Of a stretch of DNA of 50,294 nt, positions 18,561 through 26,652 are shown piece after piece. The position numbers and the translations under genes are program-made. Where the stretch lies: positions 1 through 50,294 of the forward strand of contig JAFGFX010000323.1 of NCBI GenBank assembly GCA_016930855.1, given 5' to 3'. Source of the DNA: Sedimentisphaerales bacterium. Lineage in GTDB: Bacteria; Planctomycetota; Phycisphaerae; Sedimentisphaerales; SM23-30. Below the pieces are notes generated by a model. The model was not told where the DNA came from. It did no database searches and saw only the letters and a program-made list of their open reading frames with translations. Each line of letters opens with the position of its first letter. Within the stretch, counting starts at the first letter, position 1.

Positions 18561-19460
18561 TCAGCCGACCGGCAGATTATTGGTGAAACTGTGCAACAAG
18601 GAACCGACCACCAGCCGCCAGCCGTCCACCAGCACGAACAGCAGCAGCTTGAACGGCAGCGAAATCAGCACTGGCGGCAGCATCATCATCCCCATCGACA
18701 TCAGGATGGAGGCGATCACCATGTCGATGATCAGGAACGGCAGGTAAATGTAAAATCCCATCACGAAGGCCTGCTTCAGCTCGCTGGTCACGAACGCCGG
18801 GATCAGCGACGACAGGGGGACGTCCCGCCACTGGAGCGTCTCGGCGCGGATTTTTTCCTGCAGCGTGGCGGAGGCGTTCATCTCCACGAACATGTATACG
18901 GTCTCGGAATTGCCGGTATTTTCGATTTGGGTGATCATGAAACTGCGCAGATGCCCCTGGGCCCGCCCCCAGACCTCGGTGATGCCGATCGCCTCCTGCT
19001 CGGGCGCGGGGTTGCTGTAGGGCGCAATCGCGTCCTGGTAGATGTTCTGCCAGGTGGGCGCCATGACGCAGAGGGTCATAAAGAGGGCCAGGCCGGTAAT
19101 GACCTGGGCGGGCGGCAGTTGGTTGGTCGCCATGGCCTGCCGCAGCAGGGCCAGCACCACCACGATCCGGGTAAAGCAGGTGGTCATAATGAGGATCGCC
19201 GGCGCCAGCGACAGGACCGTCAGGATCAGCAGGATTTCCAGGGAGGAGGACAGTTTTTCCGGCTTGGTGGCCTGCTCCAGGTAGCCGGCCGGATCGTTCC
19301 AGAGGGAAACGTCGCGGGCAGTGTCTCCGTCGGAGGCGGCCGCAGCGGCCGAGGCGGCCGGATCACCGGCCGGCCCGTTCTGGGCCAGGCAGGGCCAGGC
19401 GGCCCATTCCGCCAGCACGAGCGCCGCCAGCAGCACATGTTTTCGTGTCATCCGTGACAT
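18561..19460 (-). CDS. fliP: flagellar export apparatus protein FliP
   Basis: 299 aa. Signal-like N-terminus followed by the conserved FliP core (TSFTRIVVVLALLRQA-type, FLIIDMVIASILMSMGMMMLPP). Confidence 0.9.
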   Translation of the reverse strand: MSRMTRKHVLLAALVLAEWAAWPCLAQNGPAGDPAASAAAAASDGDTARDVSLWNDPAGYLEQATKPEKLSSSLEILLILTVLSLAPAILIMTTCFTRIVVVLALLRQAMATNQLPPAQVITGLALFMTLCVMAPTWQNIYQDAIAPYSNPAPEQEAIGITEVWGRAQGHLRSFMITQIENTGNSETVYMFVEMNASATLQEKIRAETLQWRDVPLSSLIPAFVTSELKQAFVMGFYIYLPFLIIDMVIASILMSMGMMMLPPVLISLPFKLLLFVLVDGWRLVVGSLLHSFTNNLPVG

Positions 19461-19481
19461 AGGTTCAACGATCCATCCGGC

Positions 19482-20405
19482 TCAGGAGCGGAAACGAATC
19501 CGGGCCAGGCCTTTTACTTTATCGAAAAGGGAAGTCAGCTCACCTTTGGCTTGATACCACTGCTGGGTAGTGGAATTCTGATCTTCCGTGTCCGTCAAGT
19601 CAAGATCATTTACGGCATTTTCGTCGGAATGTTCCCCCGCGACAAAAAATCCCTTTTCCTTTTGAAACAACTTGCCGAAGGTATTCGATATCGAGTGGAC
19701 CTTTTGCTGCTCCAAACCGCCCAAAATCTGGGCCACGTCCTCCGGGTCCTCGATGGTCTGCAGCGACGCCATGTGATTGGGACTGAGCCCCAGCAATACC
19801 AGCCGCTGGCCCAACTGAATCAAACAGAGAGACTGTTTGGGATTGATCGCGTTGCGGGCCAGGATCTCGATCCCCCCGGCCGCCGCCGCCCGTCCGGAGG
19901 CGAACACCGTGCGGCGCAACACCAAGGCGACCGCCCCCATCACGGCCAGCACAATTAAGAGGGATCCCATCGTTCTCGCCAGGGAAGGCAGCGCGCCGAC
20001 GGGCCGGTCGTCCGACGCGCCGGATTCACCGGCCGGCCGGCGGTGTCCCAGCGGCTGGTCCTCCAGTGACCCCGGCGATGCGGCGGCCGTGTCCGCGGCA
20101 GTGGTCACCTGACCAGCCGTCTGCGGTGTCGTCTGGCCCTGCGATGTCCCGGAGATCGCTTGGGGGCCGACCAAAGAGGGAGGGGGGGATTTTCCCGCCG
20201 GCAAGGTAGAAGGGCCCTGCCGCTCGGCCCGGCCGGTAGCGGCATCATCCGCGGCGGCGACCTGGAGCGGCGTTTTCGGCGGGGTGGTGTTGGCGTAGAT
20301 GGAATTGGCGGCATCCGGCGACTGGGCGCTGCTGGAGCCGATCAGGCCGAGCAGCATGCACCAGCCGCTCAGCACGCCGATTCGATGCAACGAATGGGGG
20401 GCCAT
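19482..20405 (-). CDS. fliO: FliO-like protein with long N-terminal extension
   Basis: 307 aa. Signal-like N-terminus, a low-complexity Ala/Pro/Thr/Gly region of about 130 aa, one TM helix (LLIVLAVMGAVALVL), then a FliO-like core (IEILARNAINPKQSLCLIQLGQRLVLLGLSPNHM). Located immediately upstream of fliP. Confidence 0.5.
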   Translation of the reverse strand: MAPHSLHRIGVLSGWCMLLGLIGSSSAQSPDAANSIYANTTPPKTPLQVAAADDAATGRAERQGPSTLPAGKSPPPSLVGPQAISGTSQGQTTPQTAGQVTTAADTAAASPGSLEDQPLGHRRPAGESGASDDRPVGALPSLARTMGSLLIVLAVMGAVALVLRRTVFASGRAAAAGGIEILARNAINPKQSLCLIQLGQRLVLLGLSPNHMASLQTIEDPEDVAQILGGLEQQKVHSISNTFGKLFQKEKGFFVAGEHSDENAVNDLDLTDTEDQNSTTQQWYQAKGELTSLFDKVKGLARIRFRS

Positions 20406-20605
20406 GGGTACCTCTAGCCTGGCTTTGGGAGGATGCGCCCCCTGACGTTCGGCGCTGCGGGGCGATCCTCATGCTGGGTCGTGCCAATGATGTCTTGGTC
20501 AAGGATGTCTGATGATCCCCGCGGCGGTCACGGCGAGTACCGCGGCGGGAGGGTTCGTCTATCGCTTGGTCTCCTCGGCGGGCGAAGCCGCCTGCATCCG
20601 TCCTC

Positions 20606-21127
20606 TCAATGCGCCTGTTTGATCTGCTCGGAAACGCCCGGCACGATCTCGTTGATTCGCACGCAGAAATTGTCGTTCACCACGAGGACCTCGCCCCGGG
20701 CGATCAGTTGTTCGTTCACCAGGATATCCACCGGATCGCCCGCCAGCTTGTCCAGCTCCACCACGGACCCGTTGGTCAGGCGCAGGATGTGCTCGACGGT
20801 CAGCTGGGTGCGGCCCAGCTCCACCTTGACGTCCAGATCCACGTCGTTGAGCAGATCGATGCTGCTGGCGGCCGCCTCGGCCAGCATCTCCGAGAAATCC
20901 GGCAGCGGCGGCACGCCCGCCGGTTCGGCCGGGGGGTGGGGCGCCTTCGGGGCCGCGGCCGCGCTTGCTTCGCCGGCTTCGGCATCATCGGACGGCGTTT
21001 CGGTGGTCATGCCGAAATCCTCCGGAGAGGACGGAATCCCGCCCGCCGACGCCCCCGGCGCCGGCCCTGTCGCCCGTGAATCGTTCGAAGCCGGTTTGTC
21101 TTCCTGTTCTTCTTGGGCCATAGTCAC
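20606..21127 (-). CDS. fliN: flagellar C-ring protein FliN
   Basis: 173 aa. Acidic/Pro-rich N-terminus plus a C-terminal SpoA domain ([53 protein letters not shown]). Confidence 0.88.
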   Translation of the reverse strand: MTMAQEEQEDKPASNDSRATGPAPGASAGGIPSSPEDFGMTTETPSDDAEAGEASAAAAPKAPHPPAEPAGVPPLPDFSEMLAEAAASSIDLLNDVDLDVKVELGRTQLTVEHILRLTNGSVVELDKLAGDPVDILVNEQLIARGEVLVVNDNFCVRINEIVPGVSEQIKQAH

Positions 21128-21186
21128 TCACCAGGTCTGTCAATGTCGATATGCCGGATCCGGTCCGATCCGAGCCCGTCCGCCGA

Positions 21187-21711
21187 TCAATCGGCGGTAT
21201 ACGACTGCCAGTTCGAAACCAGGATCTCGTCCAGCAAGCCCTCGCCAATGATCTTTTCCACGCCGGTCTTGATCTCCCGCTTGATCACCTGCAGCTTGGG
21301 GTCCTTGATCTGATCGGGCTGGGCGGAGGACACCAGCGTCCGGACGGCATCCATGATCTCGGTTTTATGCCCCTCCACCAGGGGCTCCAGTTCCGCGGCC
21401 TTGGCCTTGTCGACCTTGGCGCAGATCCGCATGTTGATCACCAGCCGGGTCTTGCCGCCGATGTAATTGTCCACGCTGAAATCCTCGGCCAGGACCACCT
21501 CGGCGCACTCCTTGGTCTGGACCTGGGCCGTATCGGAGATCGGGTCGGTCCCCTCGGCCGGGGCCGGGCCGCCCTTGAACACCATGAACATCGAGATCGT
21601 GCCGCCCTCCATCAGCAGCACGCCGACAATGATGATGATGGTTTTCAGCGGCAGCTTGGATTTTTTCTTCTGCTCTTCCGGGCTTACGGGGGTCTCTTCT
21701 GCCATCGTCAT
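21187..21711 (-). CDS. fliL: flagellar basal-body-associated protein FliL
   Basis: 174 aa. Lys-rich N-terminus, a single TM helix, and a periplasmic FliL-like domain. Follows motB. Confidence 0.8.
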   Translation of the reverse strand: MTMAEETPVSPEEQKKKSKLPLKTIIIIVGVLLMEGGTISMFMVFKGGPAPAEGTDPISDTAQVQTKECAEVVLAEDFSVDNYIGGKTRLVINMRICAKVDKAKAAELEPLVEGHKTEIMDAVRTLVSSAQPDQIKDPKLQVIKREIKTGVEKIIGEGLLDEILVSNWQSYTAD

Positions 21712-21744
21712 TCCTCCGGATTCGCGGCCGGATGCCGCGGGGGG

Positions 21745-22497
21745 TTAGCCGTCGATAATGTCCCGCGTATCGGAGGCGGGTTCTCCCTGGAACTGGTTCA
21801 CCAGCGTCTCCGTGACAATAATCGATACGCGGTCGTTGAACGCCCGGGACTCCGGATCGTACGCCTGGGAGCGCAGCGGCTCGTTGTCCGCGCACGCCTC
21901 TAGGGTGATGCGTTCCGGGCGGATGCCCTGGCGGATCAAATGCTCCTTCACGGCCGTCGCCCGGGCGTAGGACAGATCGTCCAGGCTGGCGAACGGCCGG
22001 TACAGGTCCGGGGAAATCCGGGCGGTGTGACCGCGGACGCGGATCTTGTTGTTCATGCCCTGGATGTCCTCGGCAAAGGAGCTCAGCTCCTGGCGGGCGT
22101 GTTCCAGCAGCACCGCCTTGCCGGGCTCGAAACTGACCGCGCCCCCGATGGTGTACTCCAGACCGTCCCGCACCTTTTTGACGCTGGGACTTTGGCCTTC
22201 GATCCCCTGATCGGTGGTTTTGCCCTGGCGCAGCTGCCATTTGCGCATGAGCAGGTTGGTCAACTGCTTCTCCAGGGTGTTGGTGGGATTGTTGTTGCCC
22301 GAGATATAGCCCACGCCGCCCTCGTAGCCGAACGCCCGCTTGATGGATTCCCGCACCTTCATATACTTCTCGTCTTCCTTGAGCTCGCTCAAGGACACCA
22401 GGATCACGAAAAAGCACAGCAGCAGACTCATCATGTCCCCGAAGGTGACTATCCACTCCGGGGCGCCGCCGCCGCCGTCTTTTTTCCTGCGCTTCAT
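21745..22497 (-). CDS. motB: stator protein MotB (OmpA-like C-terminus)
   Basis: 250 aa. WIVTFGDMMSLLLCFFVIL contains the conserved channel Asp. C-terminal OmpA/peptidoglycan-binding-like region. Confidence 0.9.
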   Translation of the reverse strand: MKRRKKDGGGGAPEWIVTFGDMMSLLLCFFVILVSLSELKEDEKYMKVRESIKRAFGYEGGVGYISGNNNPTNTLEKQLTNLLMRKWQLRQGKTTDQGIEGQSPSVKKVRDGLEYTIGGAVSFEPGKAVLLEHARQELSSFAEDIQGMNNKIRVRGHTARISPDLYRPFASLDDLSYARATAVKEHLIRQGIRPERITLEACADNEPLRSQAYDPESRAFNDRVSIIVTETLVNQFQGEPASDTRDIIDG

Positions 22498-22503
22498 TCC
22501 GGT

Positions 22504-23280
22504 TTATTCCTCTTCCTGCCCGCCCTCGTCGCCGCGCAGGCTGGGCGGCAGGAAGGTCTTGAGCTTCTGCTCCACGATCCGGGGATTGTCGCCCGATTGA
22601 ATGCTCATCACCCCCTTGATGATGATAGTCTTGAAGAGCAGCTCCTCGTTGTTGCGGGCGCCCAGCTTGTCGGCGATCGGCAGGGCAAACATGTTGGCGA
22701 ACATCGACCCGTACAGCGTGGTGATCAGCGCGATCGCCATGTTCGGCCCCAGCGAGGCCGGATCGTCCATGCTGCGCAGCATGAGGATCAGGCCGACCAG
22801 GGTCCCGATCATGCCGTAGGCCGGCGCGTAGCGCCCGATGGCGTCGAACAGCGCCTTGCCGGTGTCATGCCGTTCGGCGATGGCCTCCAGCTCGTTGTTC
22901 ATGATCTGCTCGATCAGCTCCGGGTCCGTCCCGTCGACCGCCATCTGGATGCCCTTGACGATAAAGGGGTCGGTGGCCTCCTTGGTGGCGTTCTCCAGGG
23001 ACAGGATCCCGTCCCGGCGGGCGATTTCGGCGTACCCGACCAGATCGGTGATCAACTTCTGGGCCGACTGCTCCTTGTGGAACAGCGCCTTGGAAAAGAT
23101 CTTGCCGGCCCGCAGGAAGTTGGCCAGGGACACGCTGGTCAACACGGAGGCGACGGCGCCGCCGATCACGATCATCATCGAGCTGGGGCTGATAAACGCC
23201 TCGGCGCCGCCGCCGGACAGCATGGAATAGCCGACCAGCGAGATGCCCATAATTATGCCGATTATCGTGGCAAGGTCCAT
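22504..23280 (-). CDS. motA: stator protein MotA
   Basis: 258 aa, four TM helices, conserved GTLVGLILML and ALITTLYG segments. Confidence 0.9.
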   Translation of the reverse strand: MDLATIIGIIMGISLVGYSMLSGGGAEAFISPSSMMIVIGGAVASVLTSVSLANFLRAGKIFSKALFHKEQSAQKLITDLVGYAEIARRDGILSLENATKEATDPFIVKGIQMAVDGTDPELIEQIMNNELEAIAERHDTGKALFDAIGRYAPAYGMIGTLVGLILMLRSMDDPASLGPNMAIALITTLYGSMFANMFALPIADKLGARNNEELLFKTIIIKGVMSIQSGDNPRIVEQKLKTFLPPSLRGDEGGQEEE

Positions 23281-23397
23281 ATGCGGTTGCTTCTCCGTTC
23301 GTCTACGTCCGAAAACTCCGCCGCCCGCCGCGGCACGCCCGATGACGCCCTCGATTCGACCGGCGCCAGCCGGCGGGCCCGCCGGAACGCTACTGGT

Positions 23398-23425
23398 TTA
23401 TCGGCCGGCCCGGCCGGCCGGTTCA
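23398..23425 (-). promoter_or_regulatory. candidate sigma28-type promoter upstream of motA (perfect GCCGATAA -10)
   Basis: Minus strand reads TGAAC-N15-GCCGATAAA. The -10 box (23405..23398) matches all 8 positions. The -35 is weak (GAAC or TGAA versus TAAA). Lies between the flbD stop (23434) and the motA ATG (23280). Confidence 0.4.
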
Positions 23426-23433
23426 GCGGCTTT

Positions 23434-23625
23434 TCACGCCGAAAACAGGCGGATTTGCCGCTGGTATTCCACCGCCAGCCTGACCACCTCCTCGAGCGAC
23501 TCGCGGACCATGATCTTGTCGCCCTGGACCAGCGAGATCATGGTGTCCGGCGTGGTCTCGATATAGCGGATATGCTCGGCGTTCACCACGAACGCCTTGC
23601 CGTTCAAGCGGGTCAGTGCGATCAT
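23434..23625 (-). CDS. flbD: flagellar protein FlbD
   Basis: Track ORF 23434..23643; the likely start is the Met at 23625 (MIALTRLNGKAFVVNAEHIRYIETTPDTMISL...). Classic FlbD sequence and classic position before motA. Confidence 0.8.
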   Translation of the reverse strand: MIALTRLNGKAFVVNAEHIRYIETTPDTMISLVQGDKIMVRESLEEVVRLAVEYQRQIRLFSA

Positions 23626-23733
23626 GCCTGCCTGTCCCTTCACCGCCGTTCGGCCCCGGACGGCCCGGGATGATCCCTGCCGCCGGCCGGTCGCCTATCC
23701 ACATCGTACCCGGTTCGGTACGCGGTCGGTAAC

Positions 23734-23773
23734 GGCCTCGCGACAGCAGAATAAACACCCCTGTCGCGAGGCC
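23734..23773 (-). repeat. 40-nt hairpin repeat, copy 1
   Basis: GGCCTCGCGACAG-CAGAATAAACACCC-CTGTCGCGAGGCC: a 13-bp perfect stem with a 14-nt loop. Confidence 0.8.
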
Positions 23774-23930
23774 CAAAAAGTTCACCCGTCTCGAGCGGCA
23801 TGTGTCCCGTCAAGGCCGCCGGCCGGCCCCGCTCCCCGGCGGCGGCCGTCGCCGCGGCGCCGCCGGGTGCCGGCGTGAAATCGTTTCGGCCCTTCACGGT
23901 ATGTCATGCCTTTCGGCCCTCATTGGCAAT

Positions 23931-23970
23931 GGCCTCGCGACAGCAGAATAAACACCCCTGCCGCGAGGCC
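23931..23970 (-). repeat. 40-nt hairpin repeat, copy 2
   Basis: Identical to copy 1 except for one T-to-C change at 23961. That change gives an A-C mismatch in a plus-strand RNA but a G-U wobble in a minus-strand RNA. Starts 18 nt after the flgE stop. Confidence 0.8.
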
Positions 23971-23987
23971 CGGGGTAATCGCTCGGT

Positions 23988-25742
23988 TTATCGCGTCATC
24001 AGCATCAACTCGTTGAGCAGTTGATCGCTGGTTTGAATCACACGGGAGGAAGCGGAAAATCCGGTGCTACTGATAATCAGATTGATGAATTCCCGGCTCA
24101 AATCCACGTTGCTCAGCTCCAGCGAGGCCGGACTGATCGATCCGGCGCCCAGTTCCGACGGTTTCTTGATGATGGCCTGCCCGGAATTCGGGCCCGGCGT
24201 CCAGAGATTGTCGCCCTGGACCACCAGGCCTTCGTAGTTGCGAAACGTCGCCAGGACGACCTGGCCCATCTCCCGGGTCAGGCCGTTGTCGAACGAGCCC
24301 ACAATCACGCCGTCCGCGCCGATGGCGTAATCCTGAAGCGTGCCGGCCTGGAAGCCGTCCTGGCTGAGCAGCGAAATGGCGTTGGTCATGGCGTAACTGT
24401 CCAGGCGGCTGAAATCCAGGGTGATGGCCTGCGGCGTGGAGGCTCCCGAATCCTCGCGGTCGATGGTGATGGACAGGTTGTCGCCCTCCAGGTAATTTCC
24501 GTTGGCGTCGAACGAGATCGTGCCGGTCCCCACCACCCGGTCGGCGTCCGAGTCATCGCTGCTCTCGGCGAAATACCGCCAGGTGATGCCGCCGCCGGCC
24601 GTCTTGGACTCCATGACCATGGTGACGTCGATATCCATGGGGATCCCCAGCGAATCGTAGGCCCGAAACGAGGTCCGCACGCTTTCCACGTCCGCCAGGC
24701 TGAACCCGCTCGGCTCGGTGAAGGTGAACGGCAGGCTGTCGCCGGGAATGCCCGCCGCCGTCCCCTTGGTGATCTTGATGGCCTGGTTGCCCAGATCCAG
24801 GGCGTTGTGGTTGCCGATATTGCCGACGATCTCAATCGAATCATTGGTGGCGCTGATGTTGATCCCCGGATCCGGAACCCCGTCGGCCGTATAGTCCGGC
24901 AGATCGCTGGAGGTGTTGATCCCCATGACATCCTCCAGCCAGGCGAGAAACTCTCCCAGCGTCGAGGTCGCGGTCACGTTGAACGTTTCCTCCGGGAGGG
25001 TTTGGCCGCCCTTGACGGCCTCCGCCAGCGTGATGATGTTGCCGTCCACCACGACCGGGCCGCTGCCGTTGTCCAGGTCCGTCAGCAGGGTGCCCGCGGT
25101 CAGCAGCGGGCCGCCCGCGCCCGTATCGGTCAGGGTCTGCGAATACAAGGTCGGCCGGACCTGGTTGCCGGCGGCGGCCTGTTCGGTCGCATCGTTGCCG
25201 TCGGCATTGAGATTGCCGCTGAAGCAGGCCTCCGTCGTCGTGGACGCCGTGGTGATCTCGCCGATGGGTATCCGCAGGTTGGTCAGGGTTCCCTCCAGGA
25301 TGGTAAAGCTGCTGTCCACGCCGAATCCCTGCAAAAAATACCCGTCGGAGGTGATCAGGTAGTTCTCGGCGTTGAACTGGAAGTTGCCGTCCCGGCTGTA
25401 GCCCACCGAGCCGTCGGGCCTTTCCACGATGAACAATCCCTGGCCCTGGATCGCCAGATTGGTCTTGATCCCCGTGACCTCCGGGGCGCCGTCGCCGAAA
25501 TCCCGCTGCACCCCCCCCACCATCGTGCCGGTGCCCACCTGCAGGGGGTTGGAGCCGCCCGAGGTCGCCGTCGGGGCCGAACCGAAGCTGAAGGTGTTGG
25601 AAAACTGGGACTGGAATCCCGCCTTCGAGGCCTTGAAACCATACGTGTTCACGTTGGCGATATTGTGACCGATCACGTCCATGGTGAATTCGTTCGTCTT
25701 CATGCCGGACAGGCCGGCAAAGAGGGCTGATGTAAGACCCAT
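23988..25742 (-). CDS. flgE: flagellar hook protein FlgE
   Basis: 584 aa. N-terminal SGMKTNEFTMDVIGHNIANVNTYGFK and C-terminal LELSNVDLSREFINLIISSTGFSASSRVIQTSDQLLNEL rod/hook signature segments. Confidence 0.9.
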   Translation of the reverse strand: MGLTSALFAGLSGMKTNEFTMDVIGHNIANVNTYGFKASKAGFQSQFSNTFSFGSAPTATSGGSNPLQVGTGTMVGGVQRDFGDGAPEVTGIKTNLAIQGQGLFIVERPDGSVGYSRDGNFQFNAENYLITSDGYFLQGFGVDSSFTILEGTLTNLRIPIGEITTASTTTEACFSGNLNADGNDATEQAAAGNQVRPTLYSQTLTDTGAGGPLLTAGTLLTDLDNGSGPVVVDGNIITLAEAVKGGQTLPEETFNVTATSTLGEFLAWLEDVMGINTSSDLPDYTADGVPDPGINISATNDSIEIVGNIGNHNALDLGNQAIKITKGTAAGIPGDSLPFTFTEPSGFSLADVESVRTSFRAYDSLGIPMDIDVTMVMESKTAGGGITWRYFAESSDDSDADRVVGTGTISFDANGNYLEGDNLSITIDREDSGASTPQAITLDFSRLDSYAMTNAISLLSQDGFQAGTLQDYAIGADGVIVGSFDNGLTREMGQVVLATFRNYEGLVVQGDNLWTPGPNSGQAIIKKPSELGAGSISPASLELSNVDLSREFINLIISSTGFSASSRVIQTSDQLLNELMLMTR

Positions 25743-25745
25743 AGC

Positions 25746-26558
25746 TTATACCTCCGCATCCTGAGTATCCTGTTGGCCCTGACTGACCCGGATTTGCGTG
25801 ATGTCTGTAAGCGATACCTCGTCGTCCGTGTCCAGGATCAGCGTGATCCCGGCGATCCCCTCCTGGCCGGTCATGCGATAGCTGTGGACGTACCCCTGCA
25901 CGTCGCCGGCCTCGACGTACAGCCCCAGCAGCAGATAGGCCGTGTCCGCCGTGATGATCGTGGCGTTGCTCAGCGGAACCTCCTGGCCGGATTCCAGCCG
26001 CAGGATGACGTTCTGCCCGTCGGTCTGCAGGGCCTCGACCACGCCCACCACGTCCTGGTTGTCGACGGTCGTGCCCGCCACGAAGGTGCCGATGATATCC
26101 TGGCTGTTCACCCCGCCCAGGCGGCTCATGTTCTCCAGGGCGATCGATTCGCCCGTGTCGATCTCCAGCAGGATGTCGTCGCCGTCCATGGTCACCGCCA
26201 TGACCTTGCCCACCGCGAAACGCCCCTGCGTGGTGGTGCCGGTGATCGTCTGCCCGATCATCTTGGAGGCCGCGCTGAGCTGGTCCTTGCCGAGGAAGAC
26301 CTCCAACTGCCCCATGAAGGTGTCGAAGCGGTCGGTGATGCTGCGGAACGATTCCGTCATGTTTTGCGAGGACTGGATCTGCTGAATCCCGGCCATCTGG
26401 TTGATCAGGTCCTGGTTCTTCATCGGCTCGAACGGATCCTGGTTGGTCAACTCGGTAATCATGATCTCCAGGAAGTCCTCGGTCGTCAGGGCCTGCGTGC
26501 TGCCGGACGTCTCCGTCAGCAGTGCATCCAATCCATCCAATGACGATATGGAACTCAT
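25746..26558 (-). CDS. flgD: hook capping/assembly protein FlgD
   Basis: Track ORF trimmed to the Met at 26558 (GGAGAAAGGAA RBS). FLEIMITELTNQDPFEPMKNQDLINQMAGIQQIQS motif. Confidence 0.85.
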   Translation of the reverse strand: MSSISSLDGLDALLTETSGSTQALTTEDFLEIMITELTNQDPFEPMKNQDLINQMAGIQQIQSSQNMTESFRSITDRFDTFMGQLEVFLGKDQLSAASKMIGQTITGTTTQGRFAVGKVMAVTMDGDDILLEIDTGESIALENMSRLGGVNSQDIIGTFVAGTTVDNQDVVGVVEALQTDGQNVILRLESGQEVPLSNATIITADTAYLLLGLYVEAGDVQGYVHSYRMTGQEGIAGITLILDTDDEVSLTDITQIRVSQGQQDTQDAEV

Positions 26559-26652
26559 TTTCGGTTCCTTTCTCCAGGTTCCGGCGGCACGGATCGCCGG
26601 CCGGTCTGCGGTCCGGAGTCCCCGGCCCCGCTTTTTTTCTTCCCTTTGCCGC

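Noticed and set aside
23923-23938. Plus-strand sigma54-like TTGGCAATGGCCTCGC overlapping hairpin copy 2, with a weaker equivalent (TCGGTAACGGCCTCGC) at copy 1.
   Set aside because: The spacing is correct but the -12 is TCGC. The orientation would produce RNA antisense to flgE. The G-U compensatory change favours function of the repeat in the opposite (operon-sense) strand. I keep it only as an alternative reading of the repeat.
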